Source: an uncultured Dehalococcoidales bacterium
GTDB lineage: Bacteria; Chloroflexota; Dehalococcoidia; GIF9; UBA5629
Assembly: GCA_964554375.1 (NCBI GenBank)
Contig: CAZKOL010000004.1
Coordinates: 16,535-80,534 of the forward strand
Reading direction: 5' to 3'
Length of the DNA: 64,000 nucleotides
Part shown: piece by piece, positions 60,631 through 64,000 of the stretch
Position numbering within the stretch: the stretch's first letter is position 1
Layout: every line of letters starts with the position of its first letter
Notes under the pieces: generated by a model
Database searches by the model: none
What the model was told of the DNA's origin: nothing
What the model saw: only the letters and a program-made list of their open reading frames with translations
Position numbers and translations under genes: made by a program

Positions 60631-61044
60631 ATGGCAGTATTCGGAACAATCGAGTGGGCGACCGCGTTTATGGAGGCTATTAATTCCAGCAAACCTTACG
60701 AGGAAGCAGCAAAGACCTGGGAAGGCGATTTCTTTTTCATTATCGAGCCGGGCGGGGCGATCAAGGAACCCGGTTACCAGTACGTTGACCTCTGGCACGG
60801 CAAATGCCGCAAGGTTGACGTTATGCCAGCGGCAGACAAGGACAAGTATAAGCCGGAATTCGTTTTATCCGCATCAATAGCTACCTGGCGCAAAGTGGCA
60901 GAGAAGAAGATCGACCCCATCCAGGCCATCGTCACTCGCCAGCTTAAACTCACCGGCAATATGGGCAAGGTCATGCGCGCTGTGAAGGCGGCGCAGGAGC
61001 TGGTCAACTGCGTAACACAGGTCAAGACCGAGTATCCCGAATAG
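60631..61044 (+). CDS. SCP2 sterol-carrier-like domain protein
   Basis: 137 aa. C-terminal KLTGNMGKVMRAVKA resembles the SCP-2 consensus. Confidence 0.6.
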   Translation: MAVFGTIEWATAFMEAINSSKPYEEAAKTWEGDFFFIIEPGGAIKEPGYQYVDLWHGKCRKVDVMPAADKDKYKPEFVLSASIATWRKVAEKKIDPIQAIVTRQLKLTGNMGKVMRAVKAAQELVNCVTQVKTEYPE

Positions 61045-61100
61045 ATACTACTGCAACTGGAATTAACATTTCCTGGTATTTATACTGAGGAGGAAGGATC

Positions 61101-62273
61101 ATGCAGTTTTTTGGTGTTCCCTTTACCGTCTTCGGTGACGATTCACTGCAATATCTCAACACCATCAAGGGCAAGCGCGCCCTTATCGTCACGGATAAAA
61201 ACATCACCAAGCTCGGGCTGGCCGGCCTGGTGGGTGCAGAGCTGAAGCAGGCCAATATCGAGTACAAGGTTTTCGATGGGGTCGAGCCTGACCCCTCCAT
61301 CGAGACCGTGGTCAAGGCCGCCGGAATAGCAAAAGAATTCAAGCCTGACTGGGTCATTGGGCTGGGCGGTGGTTCCAGCATGGATACTGCCAAGTCCGCG
61401 CTGGTATGCTACTGCGCCGGCATCGGGCCGCTGGATATGTCGCCATCCGATTTCTATAACCTGAAGGACAAGGCGCGCCTGATCTGCATCCCCACCACCA
61501 GCGGCACCGGCTCCGAGGCAACATGGGCGATCGTGCTTACCGACACCGAGCAGGACCGCAAGGTTGGGCTCGGCTCCTACGAAACACTGCCGGATATCGC
61601 CATACTCGACCCCCGCATGGTCATGAGCCTGCCGCCCCAGATCACCGGTGATACCGGCATGGACGCCCTCTGCCACGCTATCGAGGGCTACGTTGACACT
61701 TGGCGCACCAGGTTCACCGATGGCCCCGGACTTGTGGCGATCAAGCTGGTTTTTGAAAACCTTAAGAAAGCCTATGACAACGGCAAGGATGAAGATGCAC
61801 GCAAGGAGATGATGTATGCCGCCTCCATGGCAGGCACCTGCTTCGGCAACGGCATGGCTGGCCTTGCCCACAGCACGGGACACGCCATTGGCGGCCTCTT
61901 CCACATGCCGCACGGGCGCGCCGTCGGCCTCTACCTGCCCTACACTATGGAATACCTGATAAGCGGCGAGGACGAGACCACCGCGCGTTACGCTGAGATA
62001 GCACGTTTCTGCAACATTTCTCGGGATACAGACGATAAGAAATGCGCCAAAGCACTGGTGGCTGCCGTGCGCAGCCTGGCCAAGAGCGTTGGCCAGCCGT
62101 TGGCCATTAAGGACACCAACATCAAGCGTGAGGACTATATCAAGCAGCTGACCGGACTGGTTGAGCGCGCCGTGAACGAACTCATGACCCTCACCGTCAC
62201 CCGGGTCGCGGACAACGACGACCTTGAGAAAATATTCACTTGCGCTTACGATGGAAAGCCCTGCGATTTTTAA
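61101..62273 (+). CDS. Iron-containing alcohol dehydrogenase
   Basis: 390 aa. Contains GGGSSMDTAK and the His-rich metal site (HAIEGY...HS.GH). Confidence 0.88.
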   Translation: MQFFGVPFTVFGDDSLQYLNTIKGKRALIVTDKNITKLGLAGLVGAELKQANIEYKVFDGVEPDPSIETVVKAAGIAKEFKPDWVIGLGGGSSMDTAKSALVCYCAGIGPLDMSPSDFYNLKDKARLICIPTTSGTGSEATWAIVLTDTEQDRKVGLGSYETLPDIAILDPRMVMSLPPQITGDTGMDALCHAIEGYVDTWRTRFTDGPGLVAIKLVFENLKKAYDNGKDEDARKEMMYAASMAGTCFGNGMAGLAHSTGHAIGGLFHMPHGRAVGLYLPYTMEYLISGEDETTARYAEIARFCNISRDTDDKKCAKALVAAVRSLAKSVGQPLAIKDTNIKREDYIKQLTGLVERAVNELMTLTVTRVADNDDLEKIFTCAYDGKPCDF

Positions 62274-62303
62274 CTCGACTTAATGTGTAAAGGAGGGACA
62301 GCC

Positions 62304-64000
62304 ATGAACGGATACATGGGCAAGATACTGGTTGTCGACCTGACTAAAAAAGAATTAAAGGACGAGCCACTGAACGAGCAATACGCCCGCGATTTCATCG
62401 GGGCGGGTGGCATCGCCTGCCGCTACCTGGCCGACCTGACCACCGAGAAAACTGACCCTCTGGGTCCTGACAACCCCCTCATCTTCATGGCCGGCCTGTT
62501 GACCGGCACAGGCGGGCCCAGCTTCAGCCGCTGGGTGGTCGCCGCCCGTTCTCCCTACACAACTTACTACGGCGATGCCAACGGCGCTGCTCACTTCGGC
62601 TCGGAACTGCGCTTCGCCGGCTATGACGGCATCATCCTCAAGGGGAAATCCGACAAGCCGGTTTACCTTTACATCAAGGACGGCAAAGCCGAGCTTAAAG
62701 ATGCAGCAAATTTGTGGGGCAAGACCACATATCAGACAATCGAGGCTATTCGTAAGGAATATGACGACCAGCGAACCCGTGTGGCCTGTATCGGCCAGGC
62801 AGGTGAAAACCTGGTCCTGTTCGCCAATATCATGACTGAGGACGGCCACTGCGCTGGACGGGCCGGCATGGGCTGTGTCATGGGCTCTAAAAAACTCAAG
62901 GCTATTGCAGTAAGGGGCAAGGCCAAGATACCCATGAAGGATCCCGAGAAGTTCAGGGAGTTCGCCCGCGGCGCCATGGAGGAGGTCAAGTCCGGCTTTG
63001 TTACAACGATAATGCACGATACGGGCACCTGCGGATGGGTGGATTCGGGCATCGCCTACGGCGACACGCCCTCCAAATACTACACTATCGCCACCATGCC
63101 CGAGGCGACCGATATCAGCGGCGTCACACAGGCCGAGAAATACCAGGTCGGAAATACCGCCTGTTTCGGCTGCCCCATAAGCTGCCGCAAGGTGCTGCAT
63201 ATCAAGGAGGGCCGCTTCAAGACGGAGAAGCCCACCGAGGGACCGGAATACGAGACGCTGATAGCCTGGGGTCCCCAGCTGATGATCGCCGATATGGGCG
63301 CTATCAATCATTTCAACGAGCTGGTCAACGGCTACGGCTTCGACAGCATCAGCAGTGGTTCCAGCGTCGCCTTCGCCTTCTACCTGTATGAAAAGGGTGT
63401 GATCACCAGCAAGGATACGGGCGGACTGGAATTGAAGTGGGGCGACATTGATGTTACGCTCAAGCTGATCGATTTAATAGCCAAGAACGAGGGCTTCGGC
63501 AAGATCATCCAGGAGGGCACCAAGCGCATGGCGGCCAGGTATAACCGCCCCGGCGAGGCCATGCAGGTCAAGGGCCTGGAGTTCCCCATGCACGACCCGC
63601 GCGCCTACTGCTGTATGGGCCTGGCCTATGCCACCAGCAACCGCGGCGCTGACCACAATAAGAGCGACGCCTACCTGGTGGAGAACGGCATGGGTAACCC
63701 CGACCTCGGCCTCAATCCTGGAGACCGCTGGGGAGACGATAAGGCCCCCATGGTGGTGCTCTCGCAGGACTGGCGCTCGCTGACCGACGCACTGGGCATC
63801 TGCCACTTTGCCATGATGTCTACGCAGTCGATAGTAGATATGATAAATGCCTCCACCGGCTGGGGGGTTGACCAGGAGGCTATTCTTAAGGCAGGCGAGC
63901 GCATCTTCCAGCTCATGAGGACTATGACCTGCAGGTTTGGCGTCACTCCCAGGGACGACGAGCTGCCGGAGATCGCCCTGCGACCGATACCCGACGGCGG
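62304..64000 (+). CDS. aor: Tungsten-containing aldehyde:ferredoxin oxidoreductase (5' partial, continues beyond window)
   Basis: MNGYMGKILVVDLTKKEL... with the [4Fe-4S] motif CFGCPISCRK. Open frame to the window end. Absent from the ORF track because it has no stop. Confidence 0.85.
   Translation, partial: MNGYMGKILVVDLTKKELKDEPLNEQYARDFIGAGGIACRYLADLTTEKTDPLGPDNPLIFMAGLLTGTGGPSFSRWVVAARSPYTTYYGDANGAAHFGSELRFAGYDGIILKGKSDKPVYLYIKDGKAELKDAANLWGKTTYQTIEAIRKEYDDQRTRVACIGQAGENLVLFANIMTEDGHCAGRAGMGCVMGSKKLKAIAVRGKAKIPMKDPEKFREFARGAMEEVKSGFVTTIMHDTGTCGWVDSGIAYGDTPSKYYTIATMPEATDISGVTQAEKYQVGNTACFGCPISCRKVLHIKEGRFKTEKPTEGPEYETLIAWGPQLMIADMGAINHFNELVNGYGFDSISSGSSVAFAFYLYEKGVITSKDTGGLELKWGDIDVTLKLIDLIAKNEGFGKIIQEGTKRMAARYNRPGEAMQVKGLEFPMHDPRAYCCMGLAYATSNRGADHNKSDAYLVENGMGNPDLGLNPGDRWGDDKAPMVVLSQDWRSLTDALGICHFAMMSTQSIVDMINASTGWGVDQEAILKAGERIFQLMRTMTCRFGVTPRDDELPEIALRPIPDG

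Noticed and set aside
1-64000. tRNA, rRNA and CRISPR arrays
   Set aside because: No T-loop-like GGTTCGAATCC-type motifs in cloverleaf context, no rRNA-like stretches and no regularly spaced direct repeats were recognised by eye. A tRNAscan or CRISPR-finder run would be needed to be certain.

Overview
This 64-kb window is a moderately GC-rich bacterial chromosome segment dominated by core housekeeping operons. The rpmB | yloV-degV-recG arrangement resembles Firmicutes synteny. Core content includes lrp plus an aminotransferase, suhB-like IMPase, trpS, argS, recG, argJ-argB-argD-argG-argH, rpe, mutS, a glycogen cluster (glgC-glgA-ROK glucokinase-2xGH57), holA, purD-purE-purB-purC-purS, hisZ-hisG-hisD ... 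hisC-hisB, an SPFH/NfeD pair, sirtuin, birA, a Kv-type K+ channel, and an SCP2/Fe-ADH/tungsten-AOR cluster running off the window end. The conspicuous anomaly is a ~8.4-kb AT-rich accessory region (about 3850-12225) lying immediately downstream of argS. Its right part is bracketed by an imperfect duplication of ~270 bp of the argS 3' coding end plus a small downstream ORF, which is a classic signature of site-specific integration at a gene 3' end. The island encodes a Z1-domain SF2-like ATPase (Walker A GEPQSGKT, DDEAD, TATP) with an overlapping small partner gene, two zinc-ribbon membrane protein + TPR protein gene pairs, and a TolB-like beta-propeller lipoprotein. No integrase, methyltransferase or transposase is visible. 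Further observations are a dispersed ~30-bp palindromic repeat family (MITE/REP-like, at least four sites, one apparently a recent insertion), a phosphotriesterase-family gene broken by an A7 homopolymer frameshift, a tandem-fused pseudo-dimeric HisG, and two paralogous lipoproteins. No tRNA, rRNA or CRISPR array was recognised.
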